A DNA stretch of 64,000 nucleotides from Eledone cirrhosa (GCA_964016885.1 OZ024740.1:150412001-150476000); one strand, 5' to 3'; shown: positions 42,185 through 57,908, counted from the first letter of the stretch. A program made the numbers and translations. Notes: generated by a model from the letters alone, not told the origin.

Positions 42185-42640
42185 TAGTCATCTCTCAAGT
42201 CACAACAAGGACCTCAGACAGATAATACTTTCCTTAAAATGTGTGCAGTGCCTAGCAAGGCTGATTTTTGTATGACTCCAATCTCGCATGGCATTCTTAA
42301 GAGATTTTGGAGTTTCCATGCAGTCTTGACCCTCTATTTTCAAATCGGAGTGCTTGGTGATTTTTTCAAACTCTACTCACAATATTCATATCATTTGGTA
42401 TGGCTACATCTATAATCTGACAGTATTTGTCTTTCTTGATCAACACATGTCCGGTCGGCGACGCTCCATCATTCTGAAAATCATACTTTACAAGGCACAT
42501 GCTCATACCAATTCTCTATTACTTCGTGTTGGTAGTTACGACATAACAGACAATGAAGGTACAAACAGACTTTATCATGGTGACACTTGTATTTTATTGC
42601 GCAAGGTTCCGTGAGGCAGATGATGGCTTAAATTTCCCAT
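42185..42640 (-). mobile_element. R4/Dong-clade LINE, restriction-like endonuclease C-terminus, decayed
   Basis: Minus, across frameshifts: HDKVCLYLH..WYEHVP..RRPD..QIIDVAIPND..EKITK..IQKSALLGTAHILRKVL. Confidence 0.8.
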
Positions 42641-43090
42641 CACTGTGAATCCTGCCACCTCCACCTTCACCACTGTGAACCCTAGTACCACCATCACCGC
42701 CATCACCATACTTTTCCACCACTGCCAAAGCCTACCACCGTGAACACCGCCGCCTTCACCGCCACGACAGTGAATCCTAGTAACACTATCACCACCACCA
42801 CCACGACAACAACAAAAAGTACAAATACAAACAAAAGCAATGACAAAAACAGCAGTAGGAACAAATGCAGAAGCAACAACTACAACAAAACCAATGAAAA
42901 ATTAATAACACCCACAACAACAATACATCAGCAAAAACCCTTTTCAGACATTGCCACTAAAAGAGAAATGAGAAAAACAAAGAACTTGAATTTGCAGAGT
43001 CTAAAAAATTAATAAAATTTGAAGGTGGGAAGGTGGCAGTGATGATGCTACCTGAAATAGTGGAAGATAAGGAAACAACGTTCTCTAGAG

Positions 43091-43289
43091 CAGGCATGTC
43101 ACACTGAGGGTCCCCCGAGCACCACATGGGTCACATGTGTTGCCCAAGGGACACAGATGACAAATAATTGCGCACATTAAAACTAATTTTTTATATTTTA
43201 TATTACGAAGATAAAAGATATTTGCGCTGTAAAAACCTTTGTGCAGGCCACAGGCGTGTTTTTAAAGGGCCGCATGTTTGACATGCTTG
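43091..43289. mobile_element. hAT (Charlie-like) MITE
   Basis: TIRs caggcatgtca and tgacatgcttg. 8-bp TSD ctcta(g/c)ag at 43083-43090 and 43290-43297. Confidence 0.8.
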
Positions 43290-45089
43290 CTCTACAGAAC
43301 CGTGATGATGCAGGGCCGACGAACCGAACTTGCCACTGTTCTTCATATGAGTAAAGCTCTAATAGGGGTAATGCCAGATGTGCCACATATCCAACGAAGA
43401 AGAGTTTGCCAGTGTCGAGATTCTCTTTAAACGTGAGAACCTCACACGAAAACATTCAGCGGTCCCCCAATGGAGTGAGGAGTTTGTCCTCTATCCAATG
43501 AATCTTTCAAGAAGAGCTGTCAGGCTGAGAACACCATCACAGAGGGTGGTGGACTTTAGCTTCTACCTCACTGGTCTGCTGCGACTCACTGATGCGGAGT
43601 GCTACGAAATGCCGATAACGGCAGCCGCAAATCACCTGGTTTGTATGATTTGCTCTATGAGTGTTACGTAGACATGCCAGACTTGTTCTGCGATCTTCTG
43701 TGGCACTCAAGGATACAGTGTAACTTTTCTAAACCAGATACACATAAAATGTTAATGTTATGCAAAGTTACCATTAATTTATACATTCCAACTAGTTGTA
43801 TATTGGCATCTTATTAAGGTTGAGCTACACTGAAAAGGTTCCAAGGGGAGGTACATACTACAGCCGTAAGAACAGTGACAGAAATTTTCTGTGGGGTAAC
43901 AAGGATGAAAGCCAAAGTCAACCCGAGTTATGTTTAGGTCCAGTGCTGCTATTGTTGATATTCTTGTTTATCCTTAGGCATTTAATAAAAAGACGTTTCT
44001 GCTGTGAATATCTAGTCTTTTCATTGATAGTCTATTCCAGATTATATCACGCAATATGTTTATAACTTTATTCTAAAGATGACGGATTAGATTTCAAGAC
44101 AGATTTAACTGCAATATCTAACAGTCAAAGTGGTGACTTGGCAGTCTATATAGAGGCGGATTAAAACTGAATAGGTATTTGTTCCGGCTCACTGCACTTT
44201 GTGTTCACACCCAACCGTGGTCAACTTTGGTTCATTCTTTTGAGGTCAAGCAATAAACTATTTGTCCAGGACTGGGTTTGGTTCTTCCCTCTTCTCTCTC
44301 TCTCTTTCTCTATCTCTTTCCTATAATAGTGTCGGTTATAAAATGTTTGTTTGTATCTTCTGTTTTCTATGACACAGTTTGTTTGGTAAGAAAAGTCCCC
44401 TTAGATGTTTGCTTTTTGTTATTCAGCTACATGGGATTGAACATAGACATCATCATACAACACACTCTACCACATTCGAACCCTAATACCACGAATACCG
44501 CATTACGGCCATATTGTATCGACACGCCACTACACAATACATCGTCAATTCTGTTGCTATGATCTCGTCTCCATCATCACCAACGTTCCCCCACCACCTC
44601 ACCAATCGCCACTCCACCACCACCACTGCCACCAACAATATCAAATCATTACCCCCACCATACATCACATTCACAACCTCTGCCACCAACACCTTACCGC
44701 CATCTTTGGACCACAAGCACCACCATCAATAAGTCCACTCGCACCACCGTCACTGATAAACGACGACAATGACCGTGGTGTCAACGACCACCTCATCAAC
44801 AAGTGCTGCTGCTGTTCCTCCTCCTACTTCACCGCTTCCCCCAACTCCTTCCCATCCCCTCATCATCATCCTCTCCTCCGCCGCCCCTCTTCCCTCCTCC
44901 TCCTCCTCCTCCTCCTCCTCCCCCTCCTCCCCTCCTCCTCCTCCTCATCATCATCACACCACCACCACCACCACCACCACCACCACCATCCAGTAATTAA
45001 TATCAACATTCACAAAGAGTATATATTTAATTTGACGCTTAGTTTCTAGTGTTGCCATTATTGATTGCAAAGATTATAAAAAAGACGAC

Positions 45090-45800
45090 GATGATGATGA
45101 TTATGGAGGTTATAGTGTTAGTGATAGTGATGTCAGGGATGATGGTAGCTGTGATAAGGCTAATAATGTTGATGATGATGAGAATGATGATGACGATGGT
45201 TGTAGTGCTGGATGGATGTTGTTGGTAGTGGTGGTGGCGGTGATGGTGGTGGTGATGGTAATGATGGAGATGATAATGATGGTGATGGTGGTTAAGTTAA
45301 GGATGGTGTTAGCAGTGTTAATTCTGATAATGATGATGATGGTAGTATTGGATGTAATGGTGGTCGCGGCGATGGCGGCGGTGGCGGTGGTGGTGATGAT
45401 AATGATGGTGATGGGGGTGAAGTTAAGGATGGTGTTAACAGTGTTAATTCTGATAATGTTGATGATGATGACGATGGTAATGATGATGATGGTGTTGGAT
45501 GTGATGGTGGCGATGTTTGTGGCAGTTGAAGTTGGGATTGCAGTGCTGGTGATGATGGTACTGATAATGGTGGCGCTGTTGATGATGGTGCTGATGATGA
45601 TAGTGCTGATAATGATGGCGCTGCTGATGATGGTGCTGATGATGATAGTGCTGATAATGATGGCGCGGCTGATGATGGTGCTGATGATGATAGTGCTGAT
45701 AATGATGGCGCTGCTGATGATGGTGCTGATGATGATAGTGCTGATAATGATGGCGCGGCTGATGATGGTGGTGGTCGTAGTGTTTGTGATTGTAGTTTGA
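45090..45800. repeat. (GAT/GGT) low-complexity tract with a 45-bp unit
   Basis: ggtgctgatgatgatagtgctgataatgatggcgc repeated about four times. Confidence 0.85.
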
Positions 45801-46629
45801 CGGTAGCGGTTGTGATAGTCACGAAACTCGAGATGTTTGTAGTTATATTGAAAATACTAGTCGTGATTGAAGATAGATAAAAATCCTGAAATACTAGTAT
45901 TTGACCTTTTCACGCGTCTACTGAGGTAGTTATGACATGATCACAACTTAAAATGCACATAGTTAGTCTTAGGTATGTTTATTATCCATAAACATATTGT
46001 ATAAGCTTTCACAAACGCTTTTATTTTGAATCACGCTGTGTTAGGGCTACTACGAGACATATGTCTTAAAGCAAAACGAGGAGCTTCTACGTTTCAGCGT
46101 CACCTGCTAAAAATCGCAGCTGAGTATCTCTGAAAAACCTCTCTTGCTTCACATCAAAAAGAAAGGAGCCGATCGTTAGATCAGATCAAAGAAACAATGT
46201 TTCCATTGGTCTTTCCATTGCTAGTATAATCTAGCGATCGCAGCTTCTCGTAGAAAACACTACTCGCCACAACGTTCAAGAGTAGCACCCACGATCCTGA
46301 GATCAACACCATAAACACTAACCCACGCTTCTTAAAAATATAGGGGCAATTAGATATCATAATCTAAGACGAAATACGCCTGAAAAGACGGGATGGCTAA
46401 GATTGGAATATCTTTGATCATAGATCTACTCAGTCATGGACAACCTAGGGCTAAACAAGAAAAAGAAAAAACAACCGAAGTACTGTAACTAGAATACTGC
46501 ATGTATGGTCAGTTTGATGAAACCATCAACCATAACGCTATTTAGATACTGTTCAATACTAAATAGGAATCACTGTCTCGTATGTAAAAGAATAACAAAG
46601 AAAACAGTATAGTGCATGTGTTGAGTGTG

Positions 46630-46956
46630 TCGGATCTCCGTCGGTCCCGACGACGACTGTTCTAGTTAATTTGATCAACGTAACAGTCTGCTCGTGAAAT
46701 TAACGTGCAAGGGGCTGAACATTCCAGAGACACATGCAATTAATGTCACTCCCAGAATGATTCGGTGTGATGCAGTGTGTGACAAGGCTGAAACTTTGAG
46801 TTACAGGAATAACTCATTTTTGTCAATTGAATGGCCTTGAGAAACGAGAAATAAAGTTGTGTTCTTGCTCAAGAACACAACGCGCCTCCGGTAATCGAAC
46901 TCACGACTTTACCATCGTGAGACGAATACCCCAATCTCTAAGCCACGAGCCTTCAC
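46630..46956 (-). mobile_element. CORE-type tRNA SINE
   Basis: Minus gtgaaggctcgtggcttag..gagttcgattacc..gtgttcttgagcaag. Related fragments at 20830-20990, 22368-22470 and 27370-27510. Confidence 0.7.
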
Positions 46957-46974
46957 TGTATGTATGTATGTATG

Positions 46975-47424
46975 TTCTTCTGGTTTTATAATTTTACAAA
47001 GTTTTACCAATAGAGAGAGAGAGTCGGTTTGTAACATAGACACAAGACTCTCTCATTGGAATTTACACAACATCAACTAGGTAGATATGTATGTATGCAT
47101 GTGTAGATATGGATGTTATTGTATGTGTGGATGTGGATGTTTTGAGTTGTATGTGTGCATGTGTATATGCTTTGCATCTGTATATGTGTATATGCAGTTC
47201 TTAGATACAACATTTTTGGAATGTTTTACATATTTTTACTGTTCCATTAATAGATTGTACTTATAATTTCCCAACTAGTTGTGTTCTTTCTGTTCCTGTG
47301 AAGCCTAGCTTCTCAAGATTTGTATTGAGGCAGTTACTGACATATCCCAGTGCCCCAATAATCACAGGCATAAATCTGAAGGTGTAATCAGGGTGGAGTA
47401 TCTGCAGATTTCTCATCAGTTCTG

Positions 47425-47425
<1 letters not shown>
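46975..47425 (-). mobile_element. R4/Dong-clade LINE 3' end
   Basis: [41 protein letters not shown], with the 3' UTR ending in (CATA)n. Confidence 0.8.
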
Positions 47426-47456
<31 letters not shown>

Positions 47457-47540
47457 TGTATGTATGTATGTATGTATGTATGTATGTATGTATGTATGTA
47501 TATATGTATATATGTGTATGTATGTATATATATATGTATA

Positions 47541-47576
<36 letters not shown>

Positions 47577-47687
47577 TGTATGTATGTATGTATGTATGTA
47601 TGTATGTATGTATGTATATATATATGTATATATATATATGTATGTATGTATATATATATGTATGTATGTATGTATGTATATATATAT

Positions 47688-48312
47688 GTCAGGTCACCAG
47701 TTGGTGCTACTGGTAACATGTATCCCAGTACAACCTGTCTCATGGTCGGGTCGTTGGCGACTAAACTGGCAACCCCACCAAGGTTTCTTGGTGAGGAGGG
47801 TGACTTTGGACATCCTGCAGGACTAAAAACAAAACCTGTCAAAGGGCAAAGGAGCTCTTAAGAGTCAATGGCCATCCAAAATCACCGGGAGAGATGACCC
47901 CTTAGCCTTTGTCAAGGCAGAATTCTAGGAGAAGGAAAACTCTGATATAACACCTGCAACCCTGATGGTATCCAATGATGTTGACTTGTTCTTCTTTTTG
48001 GTAAATATCATCTTGGTTAAGAGAGTGGGACTGGCTTTGTGCAGTGCCTTTGCTCACTATAAAAGCTTCACGGCACAGGCATTGCTTTATATCTGGAGAT
48101 CTCTCTGCACTTGTCGTCACATGGTACCATGGGCCCAGCACTATGTGTCAATAATTGTCACAAGTGTAGTGTTTGTACCAGAGTTTTCAAGTCGCTGGCT
48201 GGAATAAAAAGTCACATTCGTTCAGCGCATCGGTAGGGGTTCTCCTACATGTATATAAAGTAGTGGCCGTACTCGAAAACGAGTTGGCAGCCACCATATA
48301 TATATGTATATA

Positions 48313-48345
<33 letters not shown>

Positions 48346-48942
48346 ATATATATGTTTTTAGTCCTGCAGGATGTCCAAAGTCACCCTCCTCACCAAGAAA
48401 CCTTGGTGGGGTTGCCAGTTTAGTCGCCAACGACCCGACCATGAGACAGGTTGTACTGGGATACATGTTACCAGTAGCACCAACTGGTGACCTGACTCTT
48501 AAGAGTCAATGGCCATCCAAAATCACTGGGAGAGATGACCCCTTAGCCTTTGTCGAGGCAGAATTCTAGGAGAAGGAAAACTCTGATATAACACCTGCAA
48601 CCCTGATGGTATCCAATGATGTTGAATTGTTCTTCTTTTTGGTAAATATCATCTTGGTTAAGAGAGTGGGACTGGCTTTGTGCACTGCCTTTTACTCACT
48701 ATAAAAGCTTCATGGCACAGGCATTGCTTTATATCTGGAGATCTCTCTGCACTTGTCGTCACATGGTACCATGGGCCCAGCACTATGTGTCAATAATTGT
48801 CACAAGTGTAGTGTTTGTACCAGAGCTTTCAAGTCGCTGGCTGGACTAAAAAGTCACACTCGTTCAGCGCATCGGTAGGGGTTCTCCTACATGGATATAA
48901 AGTAGTGGCCGTACTCGAAAACGAGTTGGCAGCCACCATATA

Positions 48943-48976
<34 letters not shown>

Positions 48977-49872
48977 TATGTATATATATATATATGTATA
49001 TATATATATGTAAGTATATATATATGTATATATATATATATGTATGTATGTATATATGTATGTATATGTATATATATATATGTATGTATATATATATGTA
49101 TATGTATATATATGTATGTATGTATATATATATGTATGTATATATATATGTATATATATATATATGTATGTATGTATATATATATGTATGTGTATGTATG
49201 TGTGTATGTATGTATATATATGTGTATGTATGTGTGTGTGTATGTATATATATATATATTGTGTCAGGTCACCAGTTGGTGCTACTGGTAACATGTATCC
49301 CAGTACAACCTGTCTCATGGTTGGGTCGTTGGCGACTAAACTGGCAACCCCACCAAGGTTTCTTGGTGAGGAGGGTGGCTTTGGACACCCTGCAGGACTA
49401 AAAACAAAACCTGTCAAAAGGCAAAGGGGCTCTTTAGAGTCAATAGCCATCCAAAATCACAGAGAGAGATGACCCCTTAGCCTTTGTCAAGGCAGAATTC
49501 TAGGAGAAAAAAAACTCTGATATAACACCTGCAACCCTGATGGTATCCAATGATGTTGAATTGTTCTTCTTTTTGGTAAATATCATCTTGGTTAAGAGAG
49601 TGGGACTGGCTTTGTGCAGTGCCTTTGCTCACTATAAAAGCTTCACAGCACAGGCATTGCTTTATATCTGGAGATCTCTCTGCACTTGTCGTCACATGGT
49701 ACCATGGGCCCAGCACTATGTGTCAATAATTGTCACAAGTGTAGTGTTTGTACCAGAGTTTTCAAGTCGCTGGCTGGACTAAAAAGTCACATTCGTTCAG
49801 CGCATTGGTAGGGGTTCTCCTATATGGATATAAAGTAGTGGCCGTACTCGAAAACGAGTTGGCAGCCACCAT
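47688..49872 (+). mobile_element. Three family X copies (47688-48297; 48354-48938 with inverted head; 49263-49872)
   Basis: About 610-bp non-coding unit from gtcaggtcacc to gagttggcagccaccat, separated by TA/TATG microsatellites. Confidence 0.92.
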
Positions 49873-50488
49873 GTATGTATGTATGTATGTATGTATGTAT
49901 GTATTAATTATACTATTTATGATTATGTAAATACAAAAACCTTTTGCAGTTATATATATTTTTTCATACAAACCCTAAATAGTGGTAGGCAGTAATATAT
50001 TACTACCTTATTACCAGTAAGTTAAGTAGCTCAATGTAAAAACATCAGATGATTTACAGAGCAGTTATATGAAATATAAGAATCAAAGAACTGTTCAAAA
50101 CATTTTTGTGCTTACAACTGTTTCCTCCAAACCGATTCTTTATATGATTGTATCATATAAAGAATTTGCCACCAGATCAACCAACCTAACACTCTTGTTT
50201 ACCTACCGAAGTGCTTCTACTACACGTAACTCTCTGCCACACTATATAAACAAGACGCACGTGCTTGCCTGCTTGCCACACATATAACATTTGCACTATA
50301 TAACCGCTTATTTTCATGTTGTATTTTAACCTGTATTTTTGATTGTACCTTTTAATATGAATGTAATCTCTAAGTGTGTACTGCCACTCTAAATGCTGTA
50401 ATGAATGTTGACCCACAATATTTGCATATGTATCTGTATGTCTCTTGGGTGAAAAGGAAGTCATATAACTGTTCATTCATTAATAAAT

Positions 50489-50535
50489 TGCTCCGAAGAA
50501 TCCAAACCTCGGTTTGGAGGAAACAGTTGTAAGCA
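50489..50535 (+). ncRNA. Hammerhead-like motif with CCGAAGA core
   Basis: tgct-CCGAAGA-a tccaaacc tc ggtttgga g-GAAA-cagttg-TA-agca. Its 3' half is present inverted at 50101-50135. Confidence 0.62.
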
Positions 50536-50646
50536 CAAAAATGTATGTATGTATGTATGTATGTATGTATGTATGTATGTATGTATGTATGTATGTATGT
50601 ATGTATGTATGTATGTATGTATGTATGTATGTGTGTATGTATGTAT

Positions 50647-51892
50647 GTCGGGTCACTCTTGAGTGCTACTGGTAACATGTAACCTAGTACAACCTGTCGC
50701 ATGGTCGGGTCGTTGGCGACTAAACCGGCAACCCCATCAAGTTTACTTGGTGAGGAGGGTGATTTTAGGCACCCTGCAGGACAAAAAACCAAACTTGACA
50801 AAGGGCGGAAGAACTCATAAGAGTCAACGGCCATCCAAAAGTGTGTAAATATGTATATACACATGTACATGTGTATATGCATAGGTGCATGTGTGTGTAT
50901 ATGCGCGGGGACATAGAAATAGTCGGGCTGGACACCCGATCGTGCGGTTAAACCACTGGGAGTGAAGGACCCCTAGCCTTTTTCAGGGCATTCTTCTAGG
51001 AGAAGGCAACTCAGGAAACTGGGATAACTCCGATATAAAACCTGCGGCTCAGTAGTTACCGATGATGTTGATCTTTTCTTCTTTTCGGGTTATAGCTACT
51101 GTCGCTCAGAGAGTGGGATTGGCTCAGTGCACAGTCTTTCCTCACTTTAAAACATATCTTCACGCACAAGCATTGCACGATAGAATACATTGATAATTAT
51201 TAATAATGGTATATCGTGCAATGGTCATACTCGATAACGAGGGGGCAGCCATCATGTATGTATGTATGTCGGGTCACTCTTGAGTGCTACTGGTAACATG
51301 TAACCCAGTACAACCTGTCGCATGGTCGGGTCGTCGGTGACTAAACCGGCAACCCCACCGAGTTTACTTGGTGAGGAGGGTGATTTTGGACACCCTGCAG
51401 AACAAAAAACCAAACCTAACAAAGGGCGGAAGAACTCATAAGAGTCAATGGCCATCCAAAAGTGTGTAAATATATATATACACATGTACATATGTATGTA
51501 TATGTATATGTGTATGTACATGGGAGCATGTGTATGTATATCCGCGGGGACATAGAAATAGTCGGGCCGGACACCCGATCGCGCGGTTAAACCACTGGGA
51601 GTGAAGGACCGCTAGCCTTTGTCAGGGCATTCTTCTAGGAGAAGGCAACTCAGGAAACGGATAACTCCGACATAAAACCTGTGGCTCAGTAGTTACCGAT
51701 GATGTTGATCCTTTCTGCTTTTCGGGTTATAGCTACTGTCGCTCAGAGAGTGGGATTGGTTCAGTGCACAATCTTTCCTTACTTTAAAAAATATCTTCAC
51801 GCACAGGAATTGCACGATAGAATTAATTAATAATTATTAATAATGGTATATCGTGCAATGGCCATACTCGATAACGAGGAGGCAGCCGTCAT
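50647..51892 (+). mobile_element. Two tandem family Y copies (50647-51255, 51268-51892)
   Basis: Share the 5' head and several internal blocks with family X. Flanked by (TATG)n. Confidence 0.92.
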
Positions 51893-52049
51893 GTATGTAT
51901 GTAGGATGTATGTATGTAGGATATGCATGTATGTATGTATGTTTGTATGTACGCATGTATGCGTGAATGTAGCAACACGATCCAGTCAATGAAAGAGTGT
52001 GCCGTTCTTTCGTTCACCTTCTCTGCTCTCTAGTGTGCCGAATCTAGGT

Positions 52050-53200
52050 ATTCTATACCAGCTAGTCCAGAAACATGAAGAATAACAAGGTGACTTGTTA
52101 TCAGCACTGTAAGAAAAATGGAGGACTTAGTAGCTGGAAAATTGGTACAATCATATTGCGGGCACAATAGTAATGATTGGAAAATGTGTAAGTTCTTCCG
52201 AAGAGAAAATACATAGAGGCAAAGAGAAATTGAAATAAGAAGATAGAAGCAACACGTCTTGATATCGTTATAACAGATAATTATTCAGGCTTCGTACATT
52301 TATTGATGTGGTTTGTCCAATAGACAATAATATATCTACGTAAAGAAGATTAAGAACTCTAAATATAAAGATCTGAAGTAGAATGATCAAACATGTGGAA
52401 TATTGTCACAATAACAAGTCCTTCTAATTATATGAGTAGTGAAACGTGATACAAGGCAGTAATTCAAAGCGCTACCTGGCAAGATGTCCAAATATGATGT
52501 TCAGACGATAGCGCTTCCAGGAAATGTTCATCCCCTCTTATTCATATTATCAATAAATTGAGAGTAGAAAAGAAAAACTTGGAACCAGAAGGTTATCAAT
52601 CTAAAAGATATGTGTATAATGTTTAATAAGGTTGAAACCGAAATCCTGAGCTATTTATTTATAAATTGTTATTATTATGGAGGAGTCTATTTCTCGTCGT
52701 AAATATTGCTTCGAAGTACGATACTTTGTTACATTGGTCACCTGTTCTACTATAGCGAAGAATTTGAAGAATTAGCCACAATACAGGCGAGGTTATCTAT
52801 TTACAGTTTTGTTAGGATGAACGATAGTGCCAAAGACCCTTTTCAGGCACTCCCATGACTGGTGAGAAAGAGGGATGAAGAGATGAAGGTAACATCAAAT
52901 CAGAGACCTAACCGGATTGTTTGCAATAAAGTGAACTCTGTTAAAGACACACAAAAGGTGCGATTTGAACTCGAATAAATACCATTTATGAATATTGTAA
53001 AACCCAGTCCAAATAGTCCATAAACATTTTTACTTGGTTTCAGAAAGAGGAAGACGCAACACCATTGTTGGTTATGTGATGTCATTAGTAGCACAAAATC
53101 AATACCAGAAAACAAGTGTGGCAGTATCCCTATGATGTAATCAGTACCAGAAAATCACTGATTTAATCAATAACATAAAATTACTGGAACAAGGTAGATG
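52050..53200 (+). pseudogene. Possible highly decayed LINE RT remnant
   Basis: GNVHPLLFILSIN (about 52520-52560) resembles RT motif B. No continuous ORF. Confidence 0.25.
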
Positions 53201-53316
53201 ATGTCAGGCATCACCTTTAAAATTCATAGCTAAAGGCTTTCAAATGTTTTTTCGAAAATATACCGTATATCATTAGATATACAACTTACACTTACAGAGA
53301 ATCTTCTGCTCGTATG

Positions 53317-53382
<66 letters not shown>

Positions 53383-53962
53383 TAAAACAAACAGAACAGA
53401 TAGGACGAAAGAAGACAACACTGTTTATTCATTTAATTTTATCATAACTTTCTATTTAGGACAGACACTACAGCTTGAGGTCCACTATCCTGTTATTTTC
53501 GTTTCTTTGTCTTTCGCCCTTCTGTCCTGTTTGTTTCATCACACACACATTATACCAACAGAAAGATTTATTTTTCCCTTGCATGATCCAGCATTTTTAT
53601 ACGGTAATTTCAATTAAATTGTGCGAAAAGATTTTGCTGGTTTGAAGCTGATGAGGGTGAAGATGTGTGTGTGTGTGTGTGTGTGAACGTGTCTTGTGCA
53701 TCGCCTTTGTTTATTTCCTTCTTTCAGTCACTTCTATGCACCAAAAACACTACTTGTTCTCCCCCTCTCTCAGTCTTTTCTATATTTCATCTGCCTATCA
53801 TCCACCTCGTGGATTGTGTCTCTGCCGACCACTGGCCCCTGCTTTCTGTCTTCTGAGGCATTTTTGCCCATCTCTGTCATTGACAGCTGTTCAAGCGATG
53901 ATTTTTCTCATTTTTCTATGCATTCATATATACTCTCGCTTCGTCTCGATCAGAGATAACAA

Positions 53963-54010
<48 letters not shown>

Positions 54011-54015
54011 CATAC

Positions 54016-54134
<119 letters not shown>

Positions 54135-54984
54135 TGAGAAGTAAGGTGAAGAAATAATTTAGGACTGAGCTACATCAATGTCTTTCCAACAGTTGCTACT
54201 ACAGTGACAGTAAATGCCCCAAGACTGCGCAAAACCAATCAAAACTTCTTTCAAAATAAAATAAAATAATATATTATATAAAATAAAAATAAATAAATAC
54301 AACTTTATTCAATGGAGTACTATACAATAACAATAATAAAATAACAAATAGAAATATATAAAAACAAACGGCAATAGTGACATATATTGCCACGTTTTTT
54401 AAGCATCGTAAGCGATGAAGAAAGCATGGAAGGTTTTTTGAAGTAAAGTAATGGCCGCCAGGTGTCGCAAAACCAATATAACGGAAGTGTATGATACGGA
54501 AAATGATGCTTTGTGAGACAATCTATGGTTTTCGTGTCTTTTGTTTTTGAGGACATGGCCGGAAGAAAGGTAAGGGAAAAGATAGCAGGAAAAGATAGCA
54601 GGAAAAATAAAAGATATATTAAGAGGTCAAGGGTGCTACTGATGATAAAAGTGCTGACGAAGGTGACGATGATGATTATGATGATGAAGAGGCAGAATTA
54701 AGAGAAAACAAAATATTAGAAGACAACGGGGAAGGAGAAGAGGATAGAGAAATAAAAGGAAAAACATAAAAAAGTAAAAGTAAAAGAGAAGAGGAAAAAG
54801 CAAGAGACAAAGAAGAAGAAGAAGAAGAAGAAGAAGAAGAAGAAGAAGAAGAAGAAGAAGAAGACAATAACAATTAAAAAGTATAAAAGGAAAAAGGAAA
54901 GGAAAAGTTGTTAGGGGTGTAAGAAAGACATTTTGATTTCGAAAGGAGATATTGTTAGAGCATGAAATCAAATAACAAACAAAA

Positions 54985-56214
<1,230 letters not shown>

Positions 56215-56379
56215 TTTGAGTATATGTTGGCTGTAAACCAACACCCCAGTATGCAGATTGGAGCACTCGACGAGGTGCGCAGGTTGGTTTGGTTACTCCG
56301 GAGTAATGTAAAATAAAATAAAATAAAACAACACCTTGAGAATCGGCGGAACAACACCCTGAGAATCGGGAGACAGCCA

Positions 56380-56839
56380 TAGCAGATCGCCAGGCGCCCG
56401 AAGTGAACAAAATAACGACAGAACATGTAACTGCAGAGCGGGCACCCAGTGCCCCCTGCAGGGAAGATGCCTGACGAAGGGCCTGGTATACAAATGTGTG
56501 GTTAGCACCCACAATGTAAAGCGCACCTACATCGGCGCAACATCCACGACCTTTAAATCGCGGATGTATAACCACACGAACTCCTTCAAGGACCGCAGTA
56601 AGTGGAACTCCACTAGGCTAGCGGACCTGGTGTGGGACCTGAAAGACAAAGGCACCCCGTACGCCCTTGACTGGAGCATCTTTCGGCACGGGAATCCATA
56701 CTCGGCTGGAAGTAGAAAGTGTAGCCTATGCCTATGCGAGGCCATGGAAATAGTCAGACTGAAGGATGATGCGGTCAACCTGAAATCGGAAATTATTATG
56801 ACATGCAGACACCAGAGATGGTGTACACTCTCCGCATAG
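56380..56839 (+). mobile_element. Penelope-like GIY-YIG endonuclease domain (5'-truncated element)
   Basis: [63 protein letters not shown] in an open frame. 3' UTR extends to about 57300. Confidence 0.88.
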
Positions 56840-57353
56840 AATCCTCCGGGAAGCCCAGGCTTTGAAACGGGTTCAAGGGATCAGACACCATACCATACCC
56901 TGATGACATTGTATGCCCCGTGAGGTAAACCAAAATAACCCAAGATGCATACCCGACTCTGCACGTCACCCTAGGTAGGAACATCGCCTGAGCCGGGACA
57001 GGTTGACCCGGATTCCACGGTCTTTCAGTCAAATACATTACACTTATGGGGCAACATACCCCGACCACAGTGACATACTCCAATATAACCCGGCTACGCA
57101 CCGCCATGCATATGTACCTTTTCAATCGTTAATACATACTCTCCACGTGTTACATTTTGGAACACATATTCTTTGTTCCGTATACAGACCTAAGTGTGCA
57201 TCTCATACTCCCCACGTGTACAATATCACACGCATACACGTACCTTCTTCTTTCTCCTCCCTTTTTTTATATATCTCTATGTGACGTTATATGCATATTT
57301 TAATATATTGTAGATTTATTTTATTGTTTTTATATGTGTGTATATGTGTATGC

Positions 57354-57420
<67 letters not shown>

Positions 57421-57462
57421 TATATATATATATGTGTGTGTGTGTGTATATATATATATGTG

Positions 57463-57494
<32 letters not shown>

Positions 57495-57499
57495 TGTGT

Positions 57500-57531
<32 letters not shown>

Positions 57532-57908
57532 CTATATATATATACATTTATTTATTTTTTATTTACTTATTTATTTATTTATTTATATGTGTGTATGTAT
57601 ACATGCATGTATGTGTATGGATGTATGTATTTGGTTACATTGTTTATATTTGTGCATGTGTATAACAAGATGCATATTTTCATGGATGACCCTGTATGAC
57701 CCATTGTGCAGATTTATATGACTATGAGTATATCATATTTGAGTACGGACAGATATATGTATGCGTGTATATATCTTTGTAGATGTACGTGGGCACGGAG
57801 TTACTTGGGCGCGTATTTGTTTGAATGTATATGAGCCTGTGTGTGTGTGTGTGTGCGTGCACCTACTGTAGGGTAAGGGCTTGTTGTGTGTACTTTTATA
57901 TGTGTGTG

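Noticed and set aside
43300-43720. GC-richer unique stretch with short ORFs
   Set aside because: No domain recognised; probably a decayed transposon.
47902-48569. Recurrent short ORFs in family X/Y (MLGPWYHV..., MTGFVFSP...)
   Set aside because: They recur only because the repeat is multicopy, and frames are not kept between X and Y.
56895-56950. CTGATGA in the PLE 3' UTR as a hammerhead
   Set aside because: No stem II, GAAA or stem I partner found downstream.
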